This document shows positions 23,346-32,371 of a DNA stretch of 35,560 bases, in pieces. Position numbers and translations under genes: made by a program. The number at the start of each line of letters is the position of its first letter. Position 1 is the stretch's first letter. Origin of the DNA: Methylotenera sp. (GTDB lineage: Bacteria > Pseudomonadota > Gammaproteobacteria > Burkholderiales > Methylophilaceae). A model generated the notes under the pieces. The model saw only the letters and a program-made list of their open reading frames with translations. It had not been told where the DNA came from and ran no database searches. The stretch is taken from positions 1 to 35,560 of the forward strand of contig JAYTRW010000270.1 in assembly GCA_043745985.1 (NCBI GenBank), given 5' to 3'.

Positions 23346-24284
23346 TTACCAGCTACGTTTAATAAAGAAAGTAAACTTACGGTCATTAATCACTTTACCA
23401 TTGTCATCTGTGTAATACTTAGTATTAATTGAACATTGCTCTTCACCAAAAGTGCCTGTGTAATTAAAGCCTGCATTAAAGCCATCAAGCGGTTTGCCAG
23501 CCGTTGGCAATGAGAAGTTTCTGTTCAAACCAATCAAATAATCCTTTTGATTTAAGCAGATGTCGCTAGAGCGCTGATAACCGACTTTGGCAGCTAAGTT
23601 TAAACCTGCAAATGGCAAAGTATTACCATATTTTAATTCATGATACTCAACACCACTAGTATCAGCAGCGGCATTAATCACATTAGCTGGATTTGTAAAG
23701 CTTATAGCGCTTGCTGGATCACGCTTTGTATTACCAATACCATACCAGTCTGTAAAGGCATGGTAGAAAGTATAGGTGAAGCCGTAAGCAGAAACGTTTA
23801 AATTACCTTCAAAAGTGTCTTCGTTTCTATTATGGTAAGATTTCTCACCTTCTGGATACCATACATAGTTACCACCAATACCTAGCGTAACTGGGCCAAA
23901 TGCGTGCGTGTAACCTCCATACCAGTCAGTTTCCACATGGTTACCTGTACCTAGTGGGTTTCCACTAGGGTCTACGTTAGTAACTGTACCTGCTGCGCCT
24001 AGCGTTTGTGCGTCAGTCGTTGAAAACCAAGCACCCAAATAGAAGCCACTGCTATGCGCCCAATCAACACCACCTTGCAACGCAGGGCCATCACCCCAGT
24101 CATTACCACGTGAAACGTAATTAGAATATACGCCTAGGTTATAAGTAAGTGTGTAAGCTGGGGCTGGTTCAACCGCAGCTGGAGCCACCTCTTCTGCTGA
24201 AGCATAAGCACAACTCAATAAAATTGGTGCTGCGCACAGTGTGCTTACTACGTGACGATTTGCAATCCAACTCAGCGCTTTCAT
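23346..24284 (-). CDS. TIGR02001/TorF-family putative outer-membrane porin
   Basis: Signal peptide ending AYASA; YSNYVSRG...PALQGGVDWAHSSGFYLGAW...ETDWYGGY family pattern; amphipathic C-terminal strand ending in Trp. Confidence 0.85.
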   Translation of the reverse strand: MKALSWIANRHVVSTLCAAPILLSCAYASAEEVAPAAVEPAPAYTLTYNLGVYSNYVSRGNDWGDGPALQGGVDWAHSSGFYLGAWFSTTDAQTLGAAGTVTNVDPSGNPLGTGNHVETDWYGGYTHAFGPVTLGIGGNYVWYPEGEKSYHNRNEDTFEGNLNVSAYGFTYTFYHAFTDWYGIGNTKRDPASAISFTNPANVINAAADTSGVEYHELKYGNTLPFAGLNLAAKVGYQRSSDICLNQKDYLIGLNRNFSLPTAGKPLDGFNAGFNYTGTFGEEQCSINTKYYTDDNGKVINDRKFTFFIKRSW

Positions 24285-24360
24285 TTGATTTCTCCCATAA
24301 TATTCAAAAGATAAAACTAAACTGACTATTTATAAAAATTATATTCAATTATGCAATTTC

Positions 24361-24423
24361 ATTATCAAAGAATACTTCAGAAAAAAATTAGTAATTACGA
24401 CATTAATCATAGCAAAAACGCCG
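24361..24423 (-). promoter_or_regulatory. Putative GbdR-type tandem operator and -10 for the porin
   Basis: CGGCGT (24423) and TGTCGTAATT (24402) are 21 bp apart. GATAAT -10 at 24366-24361. Confidence 0.65.
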
Positions 24424-24669
24424 AGCTGGTTTTTTTATATAAGAAACAGAAATATAATTAACTCAATACTGCTGACGCTTAAATGCAATGAAATCTTAGT
24501 GATCGTTAAGGCTTTGTCATGATGGCTAATAGTTAAAAATAATATCTACAATTATCATTTCAAAATATTATCTTCAGGACTATCATGATGTAAACCTTAA
24601 GAAATATGTGGCATTAAAAAATATATAAATTGTTAAACGTTTATTGTAAGTCATCGTGATTGGGGTCGT

Positions 24670-25692
24670 ATGTCTTGTAAGGAAATGTCACAGGTCAGGC
24701 ATGTTGGGTTCTTGACCCTCAATAATTTTTCTATGATTGCATTTTCGAATGCGATTGAAATCCTTCGCATGGCAAACTACTTGCTAGGCCAAGAAGTGTA
24801 TCAGTGGTCAGTCATCACACCAGATGGCCTACCCGTTGAAGCAAGCAATGGGTTAGCTTTTGCCAAAACTACCATGCTAGACAAGATTACCATGCCAGAC
24901 ATGCTGCTTGTTTGTGGTGGTGTGGATGTACAAACTTCCGTCAACTCAAGCGTTATCAAGTTAATCACCCAAGCTAGTAAGCAAAATGTATGGTTAGGCA
25001 GCTTGTGTACAGGCAGTTACGCGCTGGCAAAAGCTGGCGTGCTAGATGGCTATAAATGCACTATACATTGGGAGAACATGGCGAGCCTGCGTGAAAAATT
25101 TCCGTATATTATATTTATGGAAGAGCTTTTCGTCATTGACCGTGACCGTTGCACGTGCGCAGGCGGTACAGCACCAATAGATTTAATGTTGGCATTTGTT
25201 TTTGCGAGATTTGGCAAAAATTTGGTCGCTGAAATTTCAGATCAATTCATGGTAGTACGCGCAAGAGATAGTAAAGATCAACAGCACATTCCAGTCGCTG
25301 CACGTGTTGGGTATAGCCACAAAGCCTTAGTTGAAGTGTCTGCCTTAATGGAAACTAATATTGAAGAGCCACTGCCGCTGGATGAACTGGCGAGACTAGC
25401 TGGACTATCTCAGCGCCATTTACAGCGTATGTTTAACCACACACTGAATATGAGCCCTATGCATTACTATTTAAATCTTAGGTTAAGGCGTGCTAGATCT
25501 CTGCTTTTACAAACTGAGATGTCCATTATGAGTATTACTGTCGCTTGTGGATTTCAGTCTTCATGTCACTTCAGCAAATCATACCGTACGCTGTTTGGCT
25601 ACTCGCCAAGCAAGGAGAGACGTAAGAACCAGCATACGCCAGCTATTCACTCACTAACAAGCAATACAAACATGCATACAAGCCATACATAA
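24670..25692 (+). CDS. gbdR: GlxA/GATase-like AraC regulator, GbdR-like
   Basis: N-terminal DJ-1/GATase-like domain (GFLTLNNFSMIAF, SLCTG, TIHWEN, TCAGG) and C-terminal AraC double HTH (LSQRHLQRMF, ACGFQSSCHFSK.YR). The symbol rests on family and context. Confidence 0.85.
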   Translation: MSCKEMSQVRHVGFLTLNNFSMIAFSNAIEILRMANYLLGQEVYQWSVITPDGLPVEASNGLAFAKTTMLDKITMPDMLLVCGGVDVQTSVNSSVIKLITQASKQNVWLGSLCTGSYALAKAGVLDGYKCTIHWENMASLREKFPYIIFMEELFVIDRDRCTCAGGTAPIDLMLAFVFARFGKNLVAEISDQFMVVRARDSKDQQHIPVAARVGYSHKALVEVSALMETNIEEPLPLDELARLAGLSQRHLQRMFNHTLNMSPMHYYLNLRLRRARSLLLQTEMSIMSITVACGFQSSCHFSKSYRTLFGYSPSKERRKNQHTPAIHSLTSNTNMHTSHT

Positions 25693-25715
25693 AATTACTT
25701 TTTGCACGCCGTGAT

Positions 25716-25782
25716 TCACATGTCGTGATTTAACAAGATTCTGTCGTAATTCTTTATTTAAAGGTTGACTACTCGCTATATT
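25716..25782 (+). promoter_or_regulatory. Putative GbdR-type tandem operator and -10 for choX
   Basis: TGTCGT-N8-AA (25721) and TGTCGTAATT (25742) are 21 bp apart. TATATT -10 at 25777. Confidence 0.78.
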
Positions 25783-25880
25783 TTACTACTTGTAACAAAA
25801 CTTTCTTTTCAGTGCGATAACGAGTGTGGTTTCACCATGCTGTCTTCTTTGAGTACTATCAATATTACGTAGGAGTTAAA

Positions 25881-26870
25881 ATGAATCACTTTGCAAAATC
25901 TGTTTTAATCGCCGCACTATTCCCTCTAGCCTTTACTGCCTGCGGCAAAAAGGAAAGTGATGTTTCCACTCCTGCGGCCACTGCAGAAGCGTCAAGTACT
26001 GGCGAAGCCGCCAGTTGTAGCGCAGTAAAATTTGCTGATATTGGCTGGACTGATATTACAGCAACCACCGCACTCTCTTCTGTTGTTTTAGAAGGTTTAG
26101 GTTACAAACCCGTTTCTACCATTGCTTCTGTACCCATTGCATTTGCTGGCATTAAAAAAAGTCAGATTGACGTTTTTCTTGGCTACTGGTCTCCTTCAAT
26201 GACGCCAATTGTTGAACCGTTTCTTAAAGATATTAAAGTACTTGAAAAACCTAACTTAGTCGGCGCCAAATATACTTTAGCCGTACCAACCTACGCTTAT
26301 GAGGCTGGTTTAAAAAGCTTTACAGATATTGCAAAATTTAAAGATAACCTTGAAGGTAAAATGTACGGCATCGAGCCAGGCAATGATGGTAATAAAATTA
26401 TTGCAGATATGATTACTAAAAATGCATTTGGCCTTAAAGATTTCAAAATGGTTGAGTCTAGCGAAGCTGGTATGTTGACAGAAGTTAGCCGCTCAGTGAA
26501 AAACAAAAAATGGATCGTATTCTTAGGTTGGGCACCTCACCCAATGAACGTTCAACAAGACATTACCTACTTAAGTGGTGGTGACGACTTCTTTGGCGCT
26601 AACTATGGTGAAGCCAAAGTGTATACCGTGACAGCGACTGATTTAGGCTCACGTTGCCCAAATGTCAATAAACTTGTCACCAATTTAGAGTTTAATTTAG
26701 ACATGGAAAACCAAGTGATGCTGCCAATTATGGATAAAACAGCACCGAATGCTGCGGCAAAAGCATGGTTAACTAAAAACCCTGCTGTGTTAGACAAATG
26801 GTTAGATGGTGTAAAAACGTTAGATGGAAAACCAGGTTTAGAGGCTGTGAAAAAATACTTAGGCGTTTAA
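25881..26870 (+). CDS. choX: Choline-binding protein (ChoX/CbcX family), predicted lipoprotein
   Basis: ATG 25881 with an AGGAG RBS. Aromatic-cage motifs DIGWTD, LGYW, KYTL, GIEPGNDGN and LGWAPHPMN. Lipobox-like FTA-C at Cys21. Confidence 0.9.
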   Translation: MNHFAKSVLIAALFPLAFTACGKKESDVSTPAATAEASSTGEAASCSAVKFADIGWTDITATTALSSVVLEGLGYKPVSTIASVPIAFAGIKKSQIDVFLGYWSPSMTPIVEPFLKDIKVLEKPNLVGAKYTLAVPTYAYEAGLKSFTDIAKFKDNLEGKMYGIEPGNDGNKIIADMITKNAFGLKDFKMVESSEAGMLTEVSRSVKNKKWIVFLGWAPHPMNVQQDITYLSGGDDFFGANYGEAKVYTVTATDLGSRCPNVNKLVTNLEFNLDMENQVMLPIMDKTAPNAAAKAWLTKNPAVLDKWLDGVKTLDGKPGLEAVKKYLGV

Positions 26871-26894
26871 ACTCGAGTCATAAAATAAATCATT

Positions 26895-26934
26895 AAAAAG
26901 GCTGTAACAGTGAAGTGCTGTTATGGCCTTTTTT
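26895..26934 (+). terminator. Intrinsic terminator after choX
   Basis: GGCTGTAACAG...CTGTTATGGCC stem with two G-U pairs, followed by T6. Confidence 0.8.
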
Positions 26935-27020
26935 GTTTTTTCGTCTCGTCATTTTTAAGCAGTCACCAAGACCATAGCCATTACTCGTTAACTCTTATTT
27001 ATTTATGTTGGCTTAAAACG

Positions 27021-27089
27021 TCACATGTCGTAAATAGCCAAGAAAAAGTCTGATGTAGCACATTAAACAAAGCGCTGAAACAGCAGAAT
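27021..27089 (+). promoter_or_regulatory. Putative GbdR-type tandem operator for the sox operon
   Basis: TCACATGTCGT is identical to the choX site. TGTCGT-N8-AA at 27026, degenerate AGTCTG at 27047 (+21), weak CAGAAT -10 at 27084. Confidence 0.68.
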
Positions 27090-27131
27090 GTGACTTAACA
27101 ACTAGTGTTTTAGATTATTGCCGGAGGCCGC

Positions 27132-28385
27132 TTGAAAAAAGATTATTCCATTTGGAAACTACTCTCACAAGGGTTAAAACATCACGAAGGATGGACGCCT
27201 GCTTGGCGCAGCCCTGAAGTTAAATCCTCATATGACGTAGTGATTATTGGCGCTGGTGGTCATGGTTTAGCTACAGCTTACTACCTCGCTAAAGAGCATG
27301 GTATTAAGAGTATTGCGGTGTTAGAAAAAGGCTATTTAGGTGGCGGCAATACTGCTCGCAACACCACGATTGTCCGCTCTAATTACCTTTGGGATGAAGC
27401 AGCCATGCTTTATGAGCACTCACTCAAGCTGTGGGAAGGATTGACCGAAGACATTAACTACAACGTGATGTTTAGTCAGCGTGGTGTGTTCAATCTAGGT
27501 CATACGCTACAAGATATGCGCGATATTGAGCGTCGTGTGAATGCCAATAATCTAAACGGAATTGATGCTTTGGCGTTGAATGCGCAAGAAGTGAAAGACC
27601 GTATTCCGATGATTAACATTTCTAAGGACACGCGCTTTCCAATTATGGGCGCCAGTTTTCAGCCTCGCGCTGGTGTGGCTAGGCACGATGCTGTTGCTTG
27701 GGGCTTTGCCCGTGCAGCGAGTAATTATGGTGTTGATATCATCGAAAACTGCGAAGTAACTGCGATGGACATCGTTAACTCTGCGATTAAAGGTTTACAA
27801 ACAAGCAAAGGTTATATTTCAACCACAAAAGTTGGTTGTGTGACGGCCGGTCATTCATCAGTCATGGCAAAAGCTGCTGGTATCCGCATGCCGCTTGAAA
27901 GCCATCCGCTACAAGCCTTTGTTTCAGAATCACTTAAACCTATATTAGATACGGTGGTGATGTCTAATGCAGTGCATGGTTATGTGAGTCAATCAGATAA
28001 AGGTGAGCTTGTGATTGGCGCAGGCATTGACCACTATACTAGTTATGCTCAGCGCGGTAGCCCACATGTGATTGAGCACACCGCAGCAGCAATTATCGAA
28101 CTATTTCCAATGTTTTCACGCGTACGCATGAACCGCCAATGGGGTGGCATTGTAGATACCACGCCAGATGCCTGCCCAATTATCAGTAAGACTAAAGTCA
28201 AAGGCTTGTACTTTAACTGTGGCTGGGGTACAGGTGGCTTTAAAGCAACGCCTGGATCGGGCAACGTATTTGCCCACACTATTGCACATGATGAACCACA
28301 CCCATTAAATGCTGCCTTCACACTTGACCGTTTCCATACTGGTCATTTGATTGACGAGCATGGCGCAGCTGGTGTTGCGCATTAA
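27132..28385 (+). CDS. soxB: Heterotetrameric sarcosine oxidase beta subunit
   Basis: [37 protein letters not shown] and C-terminal [10 protein letters not shown] motifs. TTG start with a GGAGG RBS. Confidence 0.93.
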   Translation: MKKDYSIWKLLSQGLKHHEGWTPAWRSPEVKSSYDVVIIGAGGHGLATAYYLAKEHGIKSIAVLEKGYLGGGNTARNTTIVRSNYLWDEAAMLYEHSLKLWEGLTEDINYNVMFSQRGVFNLGHTLQDMRDIERRVNANNLNGIDALALNAQEVKDRIPMINISKDTRFPIMGASFQPRAGVARHDAVAWGFARAASNYGVDIIENCEVTAMDIVNSAIKGLQTSKGYISTTKVGCVTAGHSSVMAKAAGIRMPLESHPLQAFVSESLKPILDTVVMSNAVHGYVSQSDKGELVIGAGIDHYTSYAQRGSPHVIEHTAAAIIELFPMFSRVRMNRQWGGIVDTTPDACPIISKTKVKGLYFNCGWGTGGFKATPGSGNVFAHTIAHDEPHPLNAAFTLDRFHTGHLIDEHGAAGVAH

Positions 28386-28409
28386 AGCTTAAGCTAAAAA
28401 GGAAAACTC

Positions 28410-28709
28410 ATGTTTGTTATTAAATGCCCACATTGTTTTGAAGCGCGAGAAGAAGAAGAGTTTAGCTATGGTGGCGAAGCCTTTGTCGCGCGTCCTGAAT
28501 CACCCAGAACTGAAAGCGAAGAAAATTGGGGGGATTATTTGTTTATGAAACGAAATCCAAAGGGCTGGCACTGGGAAATGTGGGGGCATAGCACAGGTTG
28601 CCGCAAGTTTTTTGTATTAAAGCGCAATACTGCAAACCACACCATAGTTGGCGCTTGGACATTGGCTGAGGCTCGTAAAATTTATGATGCAGAAGAGGCA
28701 ACCGCATGA
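28410..28709 (+). CDS. soxD: Sarcosine oxidase delta subunit
   Basis: CPHC...H..GC zinc ligands; EFSYGGEA and NPKG motifs. Confidence 0.93.
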   Translation: MFVIKCPHCFEAREEEEFSYGGEAFVARPESPRTESEENWGDYLFMKRNPKGWHWEMWGHSTGCRKFFVLKRNTANHTIVGAWTLAEARKIYDAEEATA

Positions 28710-31700
28710 GCAACAGAATCAATCATAAAAATAGTCGCGTTGATTTAAAGCGCCCGCTTACATTTACTTTTGATGGCCAAACCTATCAAGGTTTTGTAGG
28801 CGACACCCTAGCATCAGCATTGCTTGCTAATGGCGTTAAAGTAGTTGCACGCAGCTTTAAATATGGGCGTCCTCGCGGCATTATTGGTTCGGGCGCAGAA
28901 GAGCCTAACGCACTGGTGCAAATCGACGTTGGCGCACGTACAACCCCAGATTTAAAAGCCACTCAAGTTGAGCTGTACGATGGCTTAGTGGCTGGCCGTA
29001 CCAGCGGCTGGCCATCGCTAGCATTCGATCTTAAAAGTGTAAGTGGCAAATTTTCACGCTTTATGCCTGCGGGTTTTTACTATAAAACTTTTAAATGGCC
29101 GACTAAATTATGGCCGTTCTATGAAGATATTATTCGCCGAGCAGCAGGTTATGGAAAATCACCTGTTGAAGCTGATACGGAAACTTATGACCATCAACAT
29201 CATCACATAGATTTGCTTGTGGTTGGCGGTGGCGCAACTGGCTTGCTAGCCGCATTGTTGGCTGGTCGAAGTGGCTTAAAGGTTTTATTGGTTGATGACC
29301 AATCTGAACTTGGTGGCTATTTGCTCTCTATGCCTAACGTATTGATTGGTGGGGTCAGCGCAAGTACATGGTCAGCTAATATCATTAAGGAATTGCGGAG
29401 CCTGCCTAACGTATCCATTCTTTCTCGTACCACAGCTTTTGCTCTGCATGATATGAATATGATTCAGGCCGTAGAGTTGTTGCAAGACCATCTACCTCAT
29501 GCAGAAAGAAAAAGTGCGCAACGCCGCGAACGCTTGCATCGTATTCGCGCATCTAAAGTAGTGTTGGCAACGGGTGCTTTTGAGCGTCCCTTAGTATTCG
29601 GCAACAATGACCTGCCAGGCATTATGACGGCTTCTGCGTTAACCACTTATTTAAACCGCTATGGCGTCGCTTGCGGTAAAAATGTGGTAATTATGACGAG
29701 CAATGACTTAGTCTATCAAGGTGCGGTTGATTTAGCTGAGTCTGGCATCACGGTGACCGTGGTGGATACCAGAGAGCACATTAACCATGAATGGGCTGTT
29801 AAAACCAATCAATCAGGCATTAAAGTGTATGTTGGTTACGGCATCAGTGAGGCGGTTGGTTCTGATTCAGTACAAGGCGTGCAATTAGTTAAATTAGGTA
29901 GCTTAAAAAATGTAGTCACAGCTAAAGGCCCTTATGTGCCATGTGATGTCTTAGCAAGTTCTGGCGGATTATCTCCAACTGTGCATTTATTCTGCCACGA
30001 TGGCGGTCGCCCACAATGGGATGATGCTCGTCTAGCATTTGTAGTTTCTGCTAATGGCCGTGCCAAAGATGGTATTTTCTGTGTAGGCGCAATTACTGGT
30101 ATTTTTGCCTTACAAGAAGGGTTAGCCAAAACGCATGACACCATTGCAGAACTTTTAATTGGCCTTGGTAAAACAATCAATGCTTCAGGTTTATTATTAG
30201 AAACCGATGAAATTGCTGTCACACCAGCGCGCCGTATATTTCATGTACCAGATGGTAAAGATGGGCATGGTGCTAAATCTTTTGTAGACTTTCAGAATGA
30301 TGTTGCTGTCACGGATATTCACCTAGCTGTACGTGAAAATTATCGTTCAATTGAGCATATCAAACGCTATACAGCATTAGGCTTTGGTACAGATCAAGGC
30401 AAGTTATCTAACGTCAATGGCTTTGCAATTGCCGCTGAAGCTTTAGGCAAAACAATTCCAGAAGTTGGCACAACCACTTACCGTCCTGCTTACACGCCAG
30501 TGTCCTTTGGGGCTTTAGCTGGTGCGCATGTTGGCGATACGTTTGAACCTCGCCGTTATACCGCAGTGCAAACCACGCATGAACGCTATGGCGCGGAGTT
30601 TGAGCCAGTCGGCCAATGGATGCGCCCTTGGTACTTTCCTAAACCAGGAGAAGATATTCATGCAGCAGTCAATCGTGAATGCTTAGCCACACGCAATAGC
30701 GTAGGTATGTTAGATGCTTCAACCTTAGGCAAAATCGACATTCGGGGCAAAGATGTACGTGAGTTTTTAAACCGCATCTATGCCAATGCATGGTCACAAC
30801 TTGCAGTAGGTAAATGTCGTTACGGCTTGATGTTAGATGAAGCTGGTATGGTGATGGATGATGGCGTGACAGCCTGCATCTCAGACACACATTTTTTAAT
30901 GACCACCACTTCTGGCGGCGCAGCCCGCGTAATGACTTGGTTGGAAAAATGGCACCAAACTGAATGGCCTGAGCTAGAAGTGTATATGACCTCTGTGACT
31001 GACCATTGGACTACAGCAGCCTTAGTCGGCCCAAAAAGCCGTGAAGTATTAGCTAAACTTTGTACTGATATTGACCTATCAAAAGAGTCATTCAAGTTTA
31101 TGGATTGGCGCGATGGAACAGTCGCTGGCGTGCCAGCGCGCGTATTCCGCATCAGCTTTTCAGGTGAGTTAGCTTATGAAGTTAACGTAGACGCTGGTTA
31201 TGGTGATTACATGTGGAATGAACTCATGAAGGCAGGTCAGGAGTTTGACATTACGCCCTATGGCACTGAAACCATGCACGTATTGCGCGCAGAAAAAGGC
31301 TTCATTATCGTTGGGCAAGATACTGATGGCTCTGTCACGCCGTTTGACTTAGACATGGCATGGGCAGTCGGTATGAAAAAACCTTATAGCTTTTTAGGTA
31401 AACGTTCACTTGCTAGGTCTGACACTAGCCGTACTGATCGTAAGCAATTAGTTGGCTTATTACCAGAAGATCCAAATGTAGTCCTGAAAGAAGGCGCTCA
31501 GTTAATTAACTCGCCAGACATTACGCCGCCAGTGGCCATGCTAGGTCATGTTACTTCTAGTTATCACAGCGCATTTCTTGGCCGCTCTATCGCGATGGGA
31601 TTTGTGATTGATGGCATTAAACGTCGCGCTGAAGAAGGCAATAATATTGTTTACGCATGGGCAGAAGGTAAAGCCGTTAAAGTGAAAATTGTTTCATACG

Positions 31701-31738
31701 TGTTTGTTGATGCAGAAGGAGCGCGACATAATGCTTAA
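28706..31738 (+). CDS. soxA: Sarcosine oxidase alpha subunit
   Basis: GDTLASALLANG, RSFKYGRPRG, GGGATG NAD site, KRYT..G.GTDQGK, and a GcvT-like folate domain (DASTLGKI, SFSGELAYE). ATGA overlap with soxD. Confidence 0.95.
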   Translation: MSNRINHKNSRVDLKRPLTFTFDGQTYQGFVGDTLASALLANGVKVVARSFKYGRPRGIIGSGAEEPNALVQIDVGARTTPDLKATQVELYDGLVAGRTSGWPSLAFDLKSVSGKFSRFMPAGFYYKTFKWPTKLWPFYEDIIRRAAGYGKSPVEADTETYDHQHHHIDLLVVGGGATGLLAALLAGRSGLKVLLVDDQSELGGYLLSMPNVLIGGVSASTWSANIIKELRSLPNVSILSRTTAFALHDMNMIQAVELLQDHLPHAERKSAQRRERLHRIRASKVVLATGAFERPLVFGNNDLPGIMTASALTTYLNRYGVACGKNVVIMTSNDLVYQGAVDLAESGITVTVVDTREHINHEWAVKTNQSGIKVYVGYGISEAVGSDSVQGVQLVKLGSLKNVVTAKGPYVPCDVLASSGGLSPTVHLFCHDGGRPQWDDARLAFVVSANGRAKDGIFCVGAITGIFALQEGLAKTHDTIAELLIGLGKTINASGLLLETDEIAVTPARRIFHVPDGKDGHGAKSFVDFQNDVAVTDIHLAVRENYRSIEHIKRYTALGFGTDQGKLSNVNGFAIAAEALGKTIPEVGTTTYRPAYTPVSFGALAGAHVGDTFEPRRYTAVQTTHERYGAEFEPVGQWMRPWYFPKPGEDIHAAVNRECLATRNSVGMLDASTLGKIDIRGKDVREFLNRIYANAWSQLAVGKCRYGLMLDEAGMVMDDGVTACISDTHFLMTTTSGGAARVMTWLEKWHQTEWPELEVYMTSVTDHWTTAALVGPKSREVLAKLCTDIDLSKESFKFMDWRDGTVAGVPARVFRISFSGELAYEVNVDAGYGDYMWNELMKAGQEFDITPYGTETMHVLRAEKGFIIVGQDTDGSVTPFDLDMAWAVGMKKPYSFLGKRSLARSDTSRTDRKQLVGLLPEDPNVVLKEGAQLINSPDITPPVAMLGHVTSSYHSAFLGRSIAMGFVIDGIKRRAEEGNNIVYAWAEGKAVKVKIVSYVFVDAEGARHNA

Positions 31739-32369
31739 TTCAACTACTACCAACATCTTGGAATTCAGCCCTGTGATGCAATCACCATTGCATCCGTTTG
31801 GCTTAACGGCAAAACAGGAAAAAATAAATGATAGCAAAGGTGCATGGGCTAATGAAATCCCGCTGCTTGGCTACATCGGCCTGCGTGGAAATTCGCAAAA
31901 TGCGAAATTTGTTAACGCAATCAACTCAGCGCTAAATGTCACGCTGCCAACGCAGCCTTGCAGCATGAGTTATACGACATGGGGATCTATTCTTTGGCTT
32001 TCTCCAGATGAATGGTTGATTGTTTGCAAACGTGATCAACGTGCCGCTTTGCAACAATCGCTGGAAACTACATTGGCAGGGATTCATAGCCAAGTCGTTG
32101 ATAACTCAGGTGGATTTACCTCTGTTTTGCTTAAAGGTAAAAATGCCAGCGATGTATTGCACCATTGCACAGTGTATGACTTAAACCTGCTACAAGCAGG
32201 CAAGGTAGTAGGCACAACTTTCGGCAAATTGAGCTTATACCTACATCAACATGAAGATGGTTATAGTCTAGTGTTTCGTCGTAGCTTTGCAGACTACATC
32301 TGGCGCTATCTTGAGCGCAGCGCCCTGCCCTATGGCTTTGGCATTGCTCAATTAAATGATGGACAGTAA
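31731..32369 (+). CDS. soxG: Sarcosine oxidase gamma subunit
   Basis: LWLSPDEWL, VVDNSGG and RRSFADY motifs. Probable start is ATG 31731, after AAGGAG, overlapping the soxA stop by 8 nt. Confidence 0.92.
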   Translation: MLNSTTTNILEFSPVMQSPLHPFGLTAKQEKINDSKGAWANEIPLLGYIGLRGNSQNAKFVNAINSALNVTLPTQPCSMSYTTWGSILWLSPDEWLIVCKRDQRAALQQSLETTLAGIHSQVVDNSGGFTSVLLKGKNASDVLHHCTVYDLNLLQAGKVVGTTFGKLSLYLHQHEDGYSLVFRRSFADYIWRYLERSALPYGFGIAQLNDGQ

Positions 32370-32371
32370 CC

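Noticed and set aside
25620-25692. His/Thr/Asn-rich C-terminal tail of the regulator with short CATAC repeats
   Set aside because: Short low-complexity tail, insufficient to claim metal binding or a repeat element.
25824-25880. Extended N-terminus of ChoX in the ORF track (GTG 25824)
   Set aside because: The AGGAG RBS and the signal peptide fit ATG 25881. Similar over-extensions were trimmed for dxr, frr, betA and soxG.
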